Shown here: positions 49,760 through 59,346 of the stretch, piece after piece
Layout: each line of letters opens with the position of its first letter
How positions within the stretch are numbered: position 1 is the first letter of the stretch
The notes under the pieces: model-generated
What the model saw: only the letters and a program-made list of their open reading frames with translations
Database searches by the model: none
What the model was told of the DNA's origin: nothing
Source of the DNA: Pseudomonadota bacterium
Lineage (GTDB): Bacteria > Pseudomonadota > Gammaproteobacteria > Burkholderiales > JACQAP01
Reading direction: 5' to 3'
NCBI GenBank assembly: GCA_038040175.1
Contig: JBBPIT010000005.1
Coordinates: 44,555 to 108,554, forward strand
Length of the DNA stretch: 64,000 nt
Translations under genes and position numbers: made by a program

Positions 49760-50293
49760 ATGACCAACCTGAAACTGACCGTCGCATTTGCCGCCGCGAT
49801 GGTCTTGATCGTGGTGAGTTCGAACGTCCTGGTCCAGTATCCGCTCAGCGACTGGCTCACCTGGGGCGCGATCATCTATCCGTTCTCGTTCCTGGTCGTG
49901 GACCTCGCGAACCGCTATCACGGTCCGCGCGTGGCACGCAGAATCGTGTATGTCGGCTTCGTCGTCGCGCTGGTGCTGTCCGCCTGGCTGGCCACGCCGC
50001 GCATCGCCGTTGCATCGGGAACGGCGTTCCTGTGCGCCGAACTGCTGGACGTCACGATTTTCAACCGGCTGCGCCGCCACGCATGGTGGAAGCCTCCGCT
50101 GGTGTCTACCTTGTTCGCGTCAGTCGTGGACACCGCGATCTTCTTCACGCTCGCTTTCGCCGGCACCGACATGCCTTGGGTCACGCTGGCGTTGGGCGAC
50201 CTTGGCGTGAAGGTGGCGATCGCGTTGTTTGCGCTGGTGCCGTTCAGGGTTGCGCTGGCGCTGGTTCGCCCGCGACCCGACGCCGCAGGGTAA
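49760..50293 (+). CDS. VUT/YhhQ-family (queuosine precursor) transporter
   Basis: SN, TWGA..YP..FL..D, RIAVASGTAFL...LD..IF, DT.IFF..AF, D..VK. Confidence 0.85.
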   Translation: MTNLKLTVAFAAAMVLIVVSSNVLVQYPLSDWLTWGAIIYPFSFLVVDLANRYHGPRVARRIVYVGFVVALVLSAWLATPRIAVASGTAFLCAELLDVTIFNRLRRHAWWKPPLVSTLFASVVDTAIFFTLAFAGTDMPWVTLALGDLGVKVAIALFALVPFRVALALVRPRPDAAG

Positions 50294-50323
50294 CCGGCCA
50301 CGGCGGGGTGAGGTTGGGAGTGC

Positions 50324-51322
50324 TCAGGCGAGCTTGACGAGTTGTTTGCCCAGGTTCTGGCCCTTCAGCAGACCGATGAACGCCTTCGGCGCATTCTGCA
50401 GGCCTTCGGCGATGGTCTCGTGGTACTTGATCTTCCCCTGCGAAACCAGAATTGCGAGCTTCGGTATCGCACGCTGGTACAGATCGACGCGATCGAAAAC
50501 GATGAAGCCCTGCAGTTTCACCCGGTTCACCAGCAGCGAACGCATCATCGTCACGCCGTAGGCTTCGGTCGCGTTGTACTCGGCGATCAATCCGCACAGC
50601 GCCACGCGCGAAAACGGATTGAGCACCCTGAACGCGGCATCCATCACCTCGCCGCCGACGTTCTCGAAATAGTTGTCCACGCCGTTCGGGCACGCCGCCT
50701 TGAGATCGTCCAGGAGCTTGCCGGCCTTGTAATCCACGCAGGCGTCGAACCCGAGTTCCTTGACCGCGAACTCGCACTTCTTGGCACCGCCGGCGATGCC
50801 GACCGCGCGGCAGCCCTGCAGTTTCGCCAGCTGCCCGACCACGCCGCCGACCGCGCCCGTGGCCGCCGACACCAGCACGGTTTCGCCTGCCTTGGGGGCG
50901 CAGTGCTCCAGGAGTCCGATCCACGCTGTTCCGCCCGGCATGCCGCAGACGCCCAGATACGCGGATAGCGGAACCAGCTTGGGATCCACCACCGCAAGCC
51001 CTTCACCATTCGAGATCGCGTACAGCTGCCAGCCGAGCGAGCCGGCCACGTAATCGCCGACCTTGAACTTGGGATTGTTCGACTCGGCCACCTGACCGAC
51101 CGTGCCGCCGGTCATGACTTCGCCGATCTCCACGTACTTTGTGTATGACTTCACCGCGTTCATGCGGCCGCGCATGTAGGGATCGAGAGACAGCCACAGA
51201 TTCTTCACCAGAACTTCGCCGGGACCGGGTTTCGGAACATCGGTTTCGACGATCTTGAAGTTCGATTCTTCGACCCAGCCGGTGGGACGGCTGGCAAGCA
51301 GCACCTGCATGTTCCTGGCCAT
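50324..51322 (-). CDS. NADP-dependent oxidoreductase (CurA/PTGR1-like MDR)
   Basis: LSLDPYMRGRM, GMPG.TA, SAATGAVG, YFENVGG, GQNLGK. Confidence 0.92.
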   Translation of the reverse strand: MARNMQVLLASRPTGWVEESNFKIVETDVPKPGPGEVLVKNLWLSLDPYMRGRMNAVKSYTKYVEIGEVMTGGTVGQVAESNNPKFKVGDYVAGSLGWQLYAISNGEGLAVVDPKLVPLSAYLGVCGMPGGTAWIGLLEHCAPKAGETVLVSAATGAVGGVVGQLAKLQGCRAVGIAGGAKKCEFAVKELGFDACVDYKAGKLLDDLKAACPNGVDNYFENVGGEVMDAAFRVLNPFSRVALCGLIAEYNATEAYGVTMMRSLLVNRVKLQGFIVFDRVDLYQRAIPKLAILVSQGKIKYHETIAEGLQNAPKAFIGLLKGQNLGKQLVKLA

Positions 51323-51403
51323 GTTGACTCCCTGATGTTGTGGCAATTCGTATAGCATTCTACCGGACGCGACCCCTCAACCCTGTCATTGCCGGACGCC
51401 GCC

Positions 51404-51730
51404 ATGATCTATGCGCTGAACCTTTTCAATCTCATCCCCGGCAAGGAGAACGACTACCGCGACTACAGCGTCAAGGCCGGCAGAATCATTTTCGGCCTGG
51501 GCGGGAAGGTGGTGAGCGCCGGTACCGGCCCGCTGCGCGAGATGCACGGCGATACCACTCGCCGCCAGTTGATCGTCGTCGAGTTTCCCAGCCTGGAAGT
51601 GTTCGAACAGTTCATCGACGAGGCGGAGAATCAGAACATCCACCACCTCCGGGAGAATTCGACCACCGATTACATCTGGACCTTGTATGAGCCGTGGGAC
51701 ATGAAGAAATGGGTGAAGGCGGAAAGCTGA
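51404..51730 (+). CDS. DUF1330-family protein
   Basis: ALNLFN...Y..Y...GG.V, IVVEFPS. Confidence 0.7.
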   Translation: MIYALNLFNLIPGKENDYRDYSVKAGRIIFGLGGKVVSAGTGPLREMHGDTTRRQLIVVEFPSLEVFEQFIDEAENQNIHHLRENSTTDYIWTLYEPWDMKKWVKAES

Positions 51731-51798
51731 GGGATCCGCAGCAAAAAAACGGATCCCTTGCTGACCCAGGATTAACCGGGACCAAACGGAGGATGATC

Positions 51799-52170
51799 GT
51801 GAGCGCACGCACGCCCGACTGGAAAGATGAAAGCAAGCTGAAGCCGCTCTTGTCACGCTACGTCAAGACAGATTCACTGCCGTGGCGGCAGACGGCCTTC
51901 CCCGGAGTGGAGATCAAGGTGCTCCTGGAAGACCAGGACACCGGCCTCCTGACCACGCTCACGCGCATGGCCCCGGGCGCGGTGCTGCCATTGCACGAAC
52001 ACGCCGACGTGGAGCAGACCTACGTGATCGAAGGACGCCTGGTGGACCAGGAAGGCGAGGTCGCGGTCGGGGAGTATGTCTGGCGGCCGAAGGGCAGCAC
52101 CCACGTTGCGACCGCGCCGGAAGGAGCGCTGCTCCTTGGGATGTTTCTGCGGCCGAATCGCTTTCTGTAA
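51799..52170 (+). CDS. ChrR-like cupin protein
   Basis: PGAVLPLHEH..VEQTYVIEG, WRPKGSTH; GGAGG RBS before the GTG. Confidence 0.85.
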   Translation: MSARTPDWKDESKLKPLLSRYVKTDSLPWRQTAFPGVEIKVLLEDQDTGLLTTLTRMAPGAVLPLHEHADVEQTYVIEGRLVDQEGEVAVGEYVWRPKGSTHVATAPEGALLLGMFLRPNRFL

Positions 52171-52205
52171 TCCGCTGCCGGCCGTGAACGGCTGGCAGCA
52201 GCCGG

Positions 52206-52751
52206 TCAAAACTGATAGAACGCGCTGACCGAGATCATCTGGACAGTGTCCAGCTCTTTGATGTCGATCTGTTCGTACTCCGCGCGCACGCCGATGCCGA
52301 AAAGACTGAATCGGGCGCCGACGCCATACACCGGCGCGGTGCCGTCGAAACTGGTCTTCGCGCCGCCGCTGCTCTTGTCCAGGTCGTATTGCATGCCGCC
52401 GACGCGGGCGAACAATTCGACCGGGCCGAGGCCGATACCAGCGAGCGCGCCGTAGTCGAACCCGTTGACCTTGTACTCGGCCGCCGCGGTGTTCGGCTTG
52501 CCGAGGTCACGATAACCCGCTTCAGCGGAGAGGCTCACGATCGGCAGCAGATCGAAGCGATAACCGACGAATGCCTTCCATGCGACGTCGGATTCGTCGA
52601 ACGGCGTCCCGGCGGGATTGCCCACGCTGTCCTCGATGGCAGCCGTACCGACGCCACCGCCGACATAGAGGCCACCGGCGTGGGCCGCCGAGACGGGCAA
52701 CGCAACACAAAGAACTATTACAAGGGTAATGATCGGGTTGAGATAACGCAT
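52206..52751 (-). CDS. Outer-membrane beta-barrel protein (OmpA-like TM domain)
   Basis: Signal peptide, YVGGGVG, GYRF, YGVGARF, VRAEYE, terminal YQF. Confidence 0.85.
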   Translation of the reverse strand: MRYLNPIITLVIVLCVALPVSAAHAGGLYVGGGVGTAAIEDSVGNPAGTPFDESDVAWKAFVGYRFDLLPIVSLSAEAGYRDLGKPNTAAAEYKVNGFDYGALAGIGLGPVELFARVGGMQYDLDKSSGGAKTSFDGTAPVYGVGARFSLFGIGVRAEYEQIDIKELDTVQMISVSAFYQF

Positions 52752-52953
52752 AATTTCCTCCAGGTTTTCCTGCTTCGACTCCGGCTGATCTGCCGCATCT
52801 GAAACCACCGTCAGATTACACCTGTCCGTTACGTATTCAAAGGTGGCAAAGGAGCCGCAAAAGTCATGTTTCAGAAGCGTGAAAAAATGACTCGGACACC
52901 CGCCGCGCCGCCGAGGCACGATTGCGCAGCCGTTACGCCGGCGCGCCCTGGTC

Positions 52954-53013
52954 CTACTTGGCGAAATACTCGTTCAGAACCTCGAAGGCCTTGCCGAAGG
53001 TGCCGTTGCCGAC
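52954..53013 (-). pseudogene. Possible 3' remnant of an unidentified gene
   Basis: Strong GC3 codon pattern reading VGNGTFGKAFEVLNEYFAK*, with no convincing 5' part. Confidence 0.4.
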
Positions 53014-53017
53014 CGCA

Positions 53018-53182
53018 TCGATCAAGCCGGGCTATCTTGCCGACATGATCCTGGTGGACGGCAACCCGGTCGCCAACGTGAAGATCCTGCAGGACGCCAC
53101 CAAGCTGCTGGCGATCATGAAGGACGGGCAATTCCACAAGGAGCCGCACACCGCCTCGCAGTCGCAGCGGCAGATCGCGTAA
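53018..53182 (+). pseudogene. C-terminal remnant of a metal-dependent amidohydrolase
   Basis: SIKPGYLADMILVDGNP...IMKDG is the C-terminal signature of the amidohydrolase superfamily; the rest of the gene is absent. Confidence 0.75.
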
Positions 53183-53227
53183 CAGATAAACATAAAGAAA
53201 CAACAATAAACCTTGTAGTGAGGTTCG

Positions 53228-53250
53228 CGCCCGCTTGCGGGCGTTTTTTT
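53228..53250 (+). terminator. Intrinsic terminator
   Basis: CGCCCGC-TT-GCGGGCG-TTTTTTT. Confidence 0.75.
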
Positions 53251-53268
53251 ACCACCTCTCCCGCAGCC

Positions 53269-53562
53269 CTTGTATGTGCAATTATAGGTTTTGAGGACGC
53301 CAGATCGATCAGCCCAGGCCCTGTGCCGCGAGGCACAAGTTCGAGGGAGAGCGTGGATCGGCGAACTCAAGATGTTGGCTTTCGGGCGCGGGAGCCCGAA
53401 CGGTTGTACGGCTGCACGCCGCATTGAATACAAGGAAGGGAGACGCGCCATGGAAGCCAAGTTTGTTGGTATTGATGTCAGTAAAGCGACGTTGGACGTG
53501 GACTGTTTGCCGGTGAGTACACCGCGGCAGTTCAGCAATGATGCGGGCGGGATTGCGGCGGC
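53269..53562 (+). mobile_element. Truncated IS110-family element (left end plus first ~37 codons of recombinase)
   Basis: ATG 53450: MEAKFVGIDVSKATLDV...FSNDAGGI, the N-terminus of the DEDD RuvC-like domain. About 180 nt non-coding left end beginning CTTGTAT. Confidence 0.85.
53285..53440 (+). ncRNA. Putative IS110 bridge RNA
   Basis: Two stem/internal-loop modules. First: outer stem TTGAG..CGCC..GATC / GATC GGCG..CTCAA with inner TGTGCC/GGCACA. Second: contains ACGGTTGT, CGGC/GCCG and ATACAAG, which is complementary to the element end CTTGTAT. Confidence 0.65.
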
Positions 53563-53628
53563 AGTCGACGACGCGGCAGATGGTCCGCCACGTGGACGAC
53601 CATTGCGCCTATACAGTAGTATGACGAG

Positions 53629-54115
<487 letters not shown>

Positions 54116-54227
54116 AGCCCGGAGATGGCTGAAAGGGGCGCAGATAGACCCCATCAAACGCGGATTGTTGTATTTCCGGCGCGCCGTGCTAACCAGTACA
54201 ATGAAATCCTCGCATGGGGGTTAGACG

Positions 54228-54485
54228 ATGAACGACAGGATTTCGCTTTCCAGGGCTTTGATGGACCGCCTTGTGCGGGTGTCACGTCGCACGACGTTGA
54301 AGCCCGAGTCCATCGCTCGCAAGGCGATCGCCGAGCGGGTGGCGCATCTGGAGTGGGAGTCACGCGCGCTTGCGGTTGGTCAGAGGGACCTTGACCAAAG
54401 CCGAACGCTCCAAACCAAAGATCTGAGAACGGCTATTTCGGCTCAGCGTATTGCTCGTGGCAAGAAGGCCCCAAAAGCGGCTTGA
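54228..54485 (+). CDS. CopG/RHH-like antitoxin
   Basis: Small basic protein with pattern L..L...T....S.IARKAI.E....LEW...A...G..D; overlaps a ParE-like start. Confidence 0.55.
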   Translation: MNDRISLSRALMDRLVRVSRRTTLKPESIARKAIAERVAHLEWESRALAVGQRDLDQSRTLQTKDLRTAISAQRIARGKKAPKAA

Positions 54486-54531
54486 GTGGTCCTTTGAGGC
54501 GGCGCGAGACGTCCTTCAGCTCGAAGCGTGA
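54457..54531 (+). pseudogene. Truncated RelE/ParE-type toxin N-terminus
   Basis: GTG start overlapping the antitoxin 3' end: MARRPQKRLEWSFEAARDVLQLEA*. LEWS..A..DL is the ParE start pattern. Confidence 0.5.
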
Positions 54532-54727
54532 GAGAATCCAGATCGTCAAGCCTATGCTTTTTAGCTCGCGAGAACCTTTGCGCGGAGAGTGACGTGTGCA
54601 AAGGTGCCGATTGCTAAGTAAGCGGAAACAACTCCTTTCGCCGATCTCCCGCTCGTGCAGGCCTGTCTGGGGTTTCGTTCACCCTGTTAGACTTTCCCAC
54701 GCGTTTTCCAATAACCCGAGATACAGC

Positions 54728-55642
54728 ATGAAACTCGAATTCAAAGGTGTGTTCCCTGCTCCCCCTACGCCCGTTGCCGAGGGTGGGCGAATCCATGAGA
54801 AGGCCTTGCGAGCGCTGCTCGATGACAATATCTCGCACGGATGCGGCGGGTTCTGGATGGCCGGGAGCACCGGCGAAGGGCCGATCCTCACGGATGAGCA
54901 GCGGGACGCTGTCGCAAAAATCTCCGGGGAAGCGTGCAAGGGACGGGCGCTGGTCATCATGCAGGTGGGCGCCATGAGTACGGCCAGCGCGGTGAAGGCG
55001 GCGAGGACCGCCCGGGCGGCGGGTTGCGCGGCGGTGTGCTGTCTGCCGCCGTTGTTCTTCCGGAGCAGCGAGCGTTCCATCATCGAGTACTACAAGGCAG
55101 TGGCCGACGCGGCGGGCGACCTTCCGTTTTTCGTCTACAACCTCCCGCAGCTCACGCAGGTGGAGTTCGTCCCGGCGATGATGGAAAAGCTGGCGCGCGC
55201 GATTCCGACGCTGAAGGGTCTCAAACACTCTGCGCCAGATTTCTCCCTCATCCGTGTATTCACCGACATGGGGCTGACCTGCTTTTCTGGCAATGGGGCG
55301 TTTCCGCTGCCGGCGCTCACCATGGGCGCGGTGGGCACGATCGATGCGCCGCCCTCAATTGCGCCGTGGCACTACGCTGAGCTCTTCTCCGCCTGGGAGG
55401 CGGGCAACATGACCCTGGCCCAGTCGCTGCAGGACGGGGTGCGCAAATATGTCGACCTGGTGTGGATGTTCGGTGCGCCGGCCGATGTCTGCAAGACGGT
55501 GCTCTCGGCCAGGCTCGGCGTCGATTGCGGACACTCCATCCCGCCGGTGAATCGCCTGACCGACGAACAGCGACGTGAAGTGTTCCGCGCCGCGGAGGCG
55601 CTGGGCGTGACCGCGCCGCGGCGCAGTCGGGCGGTGGGCTAA
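54728..55642 (+). CDS. Dihydrodipicolinate synthase / N-acetylneuraminate lyase family aldolase
   Basis: GSTGE, YNLP, GLKHS Schiff-base Lys. Confidence 0.88.
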   Translation: MKLEFKGVFPAPPTPVAEGGRIHEKALRALLDDNISHGCGGFWMAGSTGEGPILTDEQRDAVAKISGEACKGRALVIMQVGAMSTASAVKAARTARAAGCAAVCCLPPLFFRSSERSIIEYYKAVADAAGDLPFFVYNLPQLTQVEFVPAMMEKLARAIPTLKGLKHSAPDFSLIRVFTDMGLTCFSGNGAFPLPALTMGAVGTIDAPPSIAPWHYAELFSAWEAGNMTLAQSLQDGVRKYVDLVWMFGAPADVCKTVLSARLGVDCGHSIPPVNRLTDEQRREVFRAAEALGVTAPRRSRAVG

Positions 55643-55748
55643 GAAAACAGGGACGAGACGAAAAGACAGAGGAAAGAGAGAAGAAGAACTCCGCAGCGTT
55701 CAAGCATCGCAAGCAACGCTGCAAGAACTCCAATGTCTCGCCTTGCAC

Positions 55749-57398
55749 TCAGGCGCTGAGGGTGAAGCCTTCATAGTTCCTGGCGGCAACATCGGCGCAG
55801 ATCTTCCGATAGTGCGCCATGCCGCCGGCGTACGGCATGAAGACACGCGGCTTGCCCGGCACGTTCGCGCCGAGATACCAGGAATGCTTTGCCTGCGGCA
55901 GTAGCGTTGCCTCGGCGGCCGCGTTCACCTGCGCCACCCAAGAGTCCATCGCCTCATTCGTCGGCTCGATGCGCTTCAGGCCATGCTGGCGCATGTGGGT
56001 GATGCAGTCGGTGATCCATTCGACATGCTGCTCGATGGCAACCGGCATGTTGCAAAGTACCGACGGGCTGCCGGGTCCCGTCACGCTGAACAGGTTCGGG
56101 AAACCCGCGATCTGCAAACCGAGATAGTTGCGCGGCCCCGCCGCCCACGCCTTCGCCAGCGACAGGCCGTCGCGTCCGCGAATATCCATGCGCAACAGCG
56201 ATCCGGTCATGCCGTCGAATCCCGTGGCGAAGACGATGATGTCCAGCGGATATTCGGCATCCCGCGTGCGAATTCCCCGCGACGTGATCCAGTCGATGGG
56301 TTCAGCCCTCACGTCAACCAGCGCCACGTTGTCGCGGTTAAACGTCTCGAAATAATCGGTGTCGATCGGCGGCCGCTTCGCCGCATAAGGGTGGTCGAAA
56401 TCGGACAGCTTGGCCGCCGTCGCCGGATCTTTCACGACCTCCCGGATCTTGCCGCGGATGAAATCCGCAGCGGTGTCGTTCGCCGCCTTGTCAATCACCA
56501 AATCGCGAAACGTGGCGCGGAATCGCAGGCCCCCTATATCCCAAGCCTTTTCATACAACGCCTGCCGTTCCGCCGGTGGGGTCTTCAGGGCGGAGCGCTC
56601 CGCGAGGGGCCACGGATGTCCATTGGCGGTCGAGTGCATCACCTGCCGGATCTCGGCGGTGTTCTCCCTGACGTAGCGCCTGAACTCCGGGGTCAGGGGC
56701 GCGTTGCGCGCCGGCACGCTGTAGTTCGCAGTGCGCTGGAAGACGGTCAGATGGGCGGCGGTTTCGGCGATCACCGGGGCGGCCTGGATGCCGGTGCAAC
56801 CGGTGCCGATCAGCCCAACCCGCTTGCCTCTGAAATCGACGCCTTCATGCGGCCATTGCCCGGTGTGGTACCAGCGCCCCTCGAAGGTGTCGAGGCCGGC
56901 AATGTTCGGGATATTGGCCGACGACAGGCAACCGACGGCGGTGATCAGAAACTGTGCCGTGAACACTTCGCCCGCGTCAGTGCTCACGTGCCAGAGATTT
57001 GCTGTCTCATCGTAGTGCGCGGCAATCACGCGGGTGTTGAAGCGGATGTCGCGCTTCAGGTCGAAGCGGTCGGCGACATGGTTGAGATAGCGCAGGATCT
57101 CCGGCGGGCCGGGATAGCGTTCCGACCATTCCCATTCCCGCATCAGCTCCTCGGAGAACGAGTAACAGTAGGAATGGCTTTCCGAATCGCAGCGCGCGCC
57201 GGGATAACGGTTCCAGTACCAGGTCCCTCCAATCCCGTCGGCCGCTTCCAGCACTTGGACCGAAAGACCCAGCCGATCACGCAAGCAGAGCAATTGATAT
57301 AGACCGGAAAACCCGGCGCCGATGACCAGCGCATCGAGGGTGCGTCCCTGGCGCGAATTGCCCTCCGGAGCGTCCGTGATGTCGCTTGTCATTGCCAT
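55749..57398 (-). CDS. Type I Baeyer-Villiger monooxygenase (cyclohexanone monooxygenase-like)
   Basis: GAGFSG, GGTWYWNRYPGARCD, FEGRWYHTGQWP fingerprint, ATGFD, SWYLGANVPGKPR. Confidence 0.93.
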   Translation of the reverse strand: MAMTSDITDAPEGNSRQGRTLDALVIGAGFSGLYQLLCLRDRLGLSVQVLEAADGIGGTWYWNRYPGARCDSESHSYCYSFSEELMREWEWSERYPGPPEILRYLNHVADRFDLKRDIRFNTRVIAAHYDETANLWHVSTDAGEVFTAQFLITAVGCLSSANIPNIAGLDTFEGRWYHTGQWPHEGVDFRGKRVGLIGTGCTGIQAAPVIAETAAHLTVFQRTANYSVPARNAPLTPEFRRYVRENTAEIRQVMHSTANGHPWPLAERSALKTPPAERQALYEKAWDIGGLRFRATFRDLVIDKAANDTAADFIRGKIREVVKDPATAAKLSDFDHPYAAKRPPIDTDYFETFNRDNVALVDVRAEPIDWITSRGIRTRDAEYPLDIIVFATGFDGMTGSLLRMDIRGRDGLSLAKAWAAGPRNYLGLQIAGFPNLFSVTGPGSPSVLCNMPVAIEQHVEWITDCITHMRQHGLKRIEPTNEAMDSWVAQVNAAAEATLLPQAKHSWYLGANVPGKPRVFMPYAGGMAHYRKICADVAARNYEGFTLSA

Positions 57399-57549
57399 CC
57401 AAATCCTTAATTGATCACCATGCCAAACCTGAATGCATTATCCCGCAACGGTTGGCAGCATAGCTGGATTGAGTGATGGAGTGATGGAGTGATTGAGGCT
57501 ACTGATTCGCCATTCACTTTTCACCATTCACTGTTCGCTGTCCACGTGG

Positions 57550-58824
57550 CTACTTCATCAATCGCGGCAGCCACAGGACCAGATCCGGAACGTAGGCGAC
57601 CAGGAGGATCACTGCCATCCAGGCCGCGATAAAGGGAGCCAGCATGCCGAGGGATGCGTTGTAGCTGATCCCCGCGATGCGGCTCGCGACCATAGCCAGG
57701 ACCCCGACCGGCGGCGTCACCGATCCGACCACCAGCAGCATGATGGTAATGATGCCGAAATGCACCGGGTCGTAGCCGAGATGGGCGATGAGCGGCCCCA
57801 TGATCGGCACGACGATGATCAGTGCGGGCACCGGCTCGAGGAAGGTTCCCAGCAGGAAGAAGAAGGCGATCAGCACGAGCATCGCGAGTTTGGGGTCGCT
57901 GGTGATCGACAGCATGAACTGGAGAGCGGCCTGACCAATGCCCGCACGGCTCAATACCCAACTGAACAGCGCTGCCCCGCCGAGCGTGATCAGCGCGCTC
58001 GCAGTCGTCTCTGCGGCCGCGGAGAAGTTGCGATAGAGCGAGGCGAAATTGTGCCTGCGGCCGATGACGCCGAACACCAGCGCATAGAGCGCCGCGACCG
58101 CGCTGGCTTCGGTCGGCGTGAAAGCGCCGGACAGTATGCCGCCGATGATGATGGCCGGCATGACCAGCGCGGGCAACGCCCGGCCCGTGGCCGACACCAC
58201 CTCGGCGCCTGAAGCCCGCGGCGACGGGCGGGCACCGGCGCGAGGCGCCAGGAACCAGGTGAGGAGCATCATCGACAATCCAGCCAACACGCCCGGAATG
58301 ACGCCGCCGAGAAACAGCGCGCCAATCGACACGCCGGTGACGGAGCCGTAGATCACCGCGATGATACTGGGCGGGATGATCGGTGCCATCATCGCCGCAC
58401 AGGCGGTCACCGCAACCGCGAAGGCCGGCTTGTAACCCTCGCGTTTCATCGCCGGAATCATTATCGAGCCAATAGCGGCGAGATCGGCCAGGGCGGAGCC
58501 CGAGATTGCCCCCATGAACATGTTGGTCAGGATGTTGGCCTGGGCGAGCCCGCCCCGCAGATGGCCGATCAACGCACGCGACATGCCCACCAGGCGCTCG
58601 GTGATGCCGGCGACGCTCATCAGCTCGCCGGCCAGGATGAACAGCGGCACCGCCAGCAGAGAGAAATTGTCGAGCGAATCGTAGAACTGCTGCGCCAGAA
58701 GCAGTACGGGAAGTTGGCCGTCGGCCACTATCGTCAAGATCGCCGCCAGGCCCATGCAATAGGCGATGGGCATGCCCAGAACCATGAAGACGAAAAACAG
58801 CACCAGCATCAAGCCGATGCTCAC
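57550..58824 (-). CDS. dctM: TRAP transporter large permease
   Basis: LLAVPLFILAGELM, SGSALAD, PIIPPS, GAFTPTEA, DPVHFG, TPPVG. GTG start. Confidence 0.92.
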   Translation of the reverse strand: MSIGLMLVLFFVFMVLGMPIAYCMGLAAILTIVADGQLPVLLLAQQFYDSLDNFSLLAVPLFILAGELMSVAGITERLVGMSRALIGHLRGGLAQANILTNMFMGAISGSALADLAAIGSIMIPAMKREGYKPAFAVAVTACAAMMAPIIPPSIIAVIYGSVTGVSIGALFLGGVIPGVLAGLSMMLLTWFLAPRAGARPSPRASGAEVVSATGRALPALVMPAIIIGGILSGAFTPTEASAVAALYALVFGVIGRRHNFASLYRNFSAAAETTASALITLGGAALFSWVLSRAGIGQAALQFMLSITSDPKLAMLVLIAFFFLLGTFLEPVPALIIVVPIMGPLIAHLGYDPVHFGIITIMLLVVGSVTPPVGVLAMVASRIAGISYNASLGMLAPFIAAWMAVILLVAYVPDLVLWLPRLMK

Positions 58825-59333
58825 AGCGTGCGATCCGTCGGTTCGTCGGCGGCGGGGATATCGTGGTTCCAGGTCAGGATCATCAGGAGCGACTCGAGCG
58901 CCGCGCCAACCGGGATCGCCAGGTAGACGGTCCATTTCGGCACGTCCAGGACCGGTGACTGCTGCATCCACGTGCGGTCGATGAACTGGATACCTGCCCA
59001 CAGCAGCGTGAGGGTGAAGGCAAGCGTCAGCACGTTGGCGGCCCACACTACAATGTGGCGCCCAGCCGGCGGCAGCATCAATTCGAGCACCTCGACGCGG
59101 ATGTGGCCGCGCGACGCCGCCACCAGCGCAGAGCTGAGCATGATCCCCCAGAGCATGGCGCCGCGCACGAGCTCCTCCGCCCAGAACAGGGACTCGTTCA
59201 GCACGTAGCGGAAGAACACTTGCAGCAGGACGAGAACAAAGTAGCTGGCGAGAAGCGCGACCGACACCGCGGTCAGCGCTGCGCGAAGACGGCCGAGGAA
59301 TGGCCCCGCCGAGCGAGCGGAAAGGATACTCAT
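58821..59333 (-). CDS. dctQ: TRAP transporter small permease
   Basis: QVFFRYV, WAEEL, HIRVE, four TM helices. Confidence 0.9.
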   Translation of the reverse strand: MSILSARSAGPFLGRLRAALTAVSVALLASYFVLVLLQVFFRYVLNESLFWAEELVRGAMLWGIMLSSALVAASRGHIRVEVLELMLPPAGRHIVVWAANVLTLAFTLTLLWAGIQFIDRTWMQQSPVLDVPKWTVYLAIPVGAALESLLMILTWNHDIPAADEPTDRTL

Positions 59334-59346
59334 CCTTCTTCGCGTA

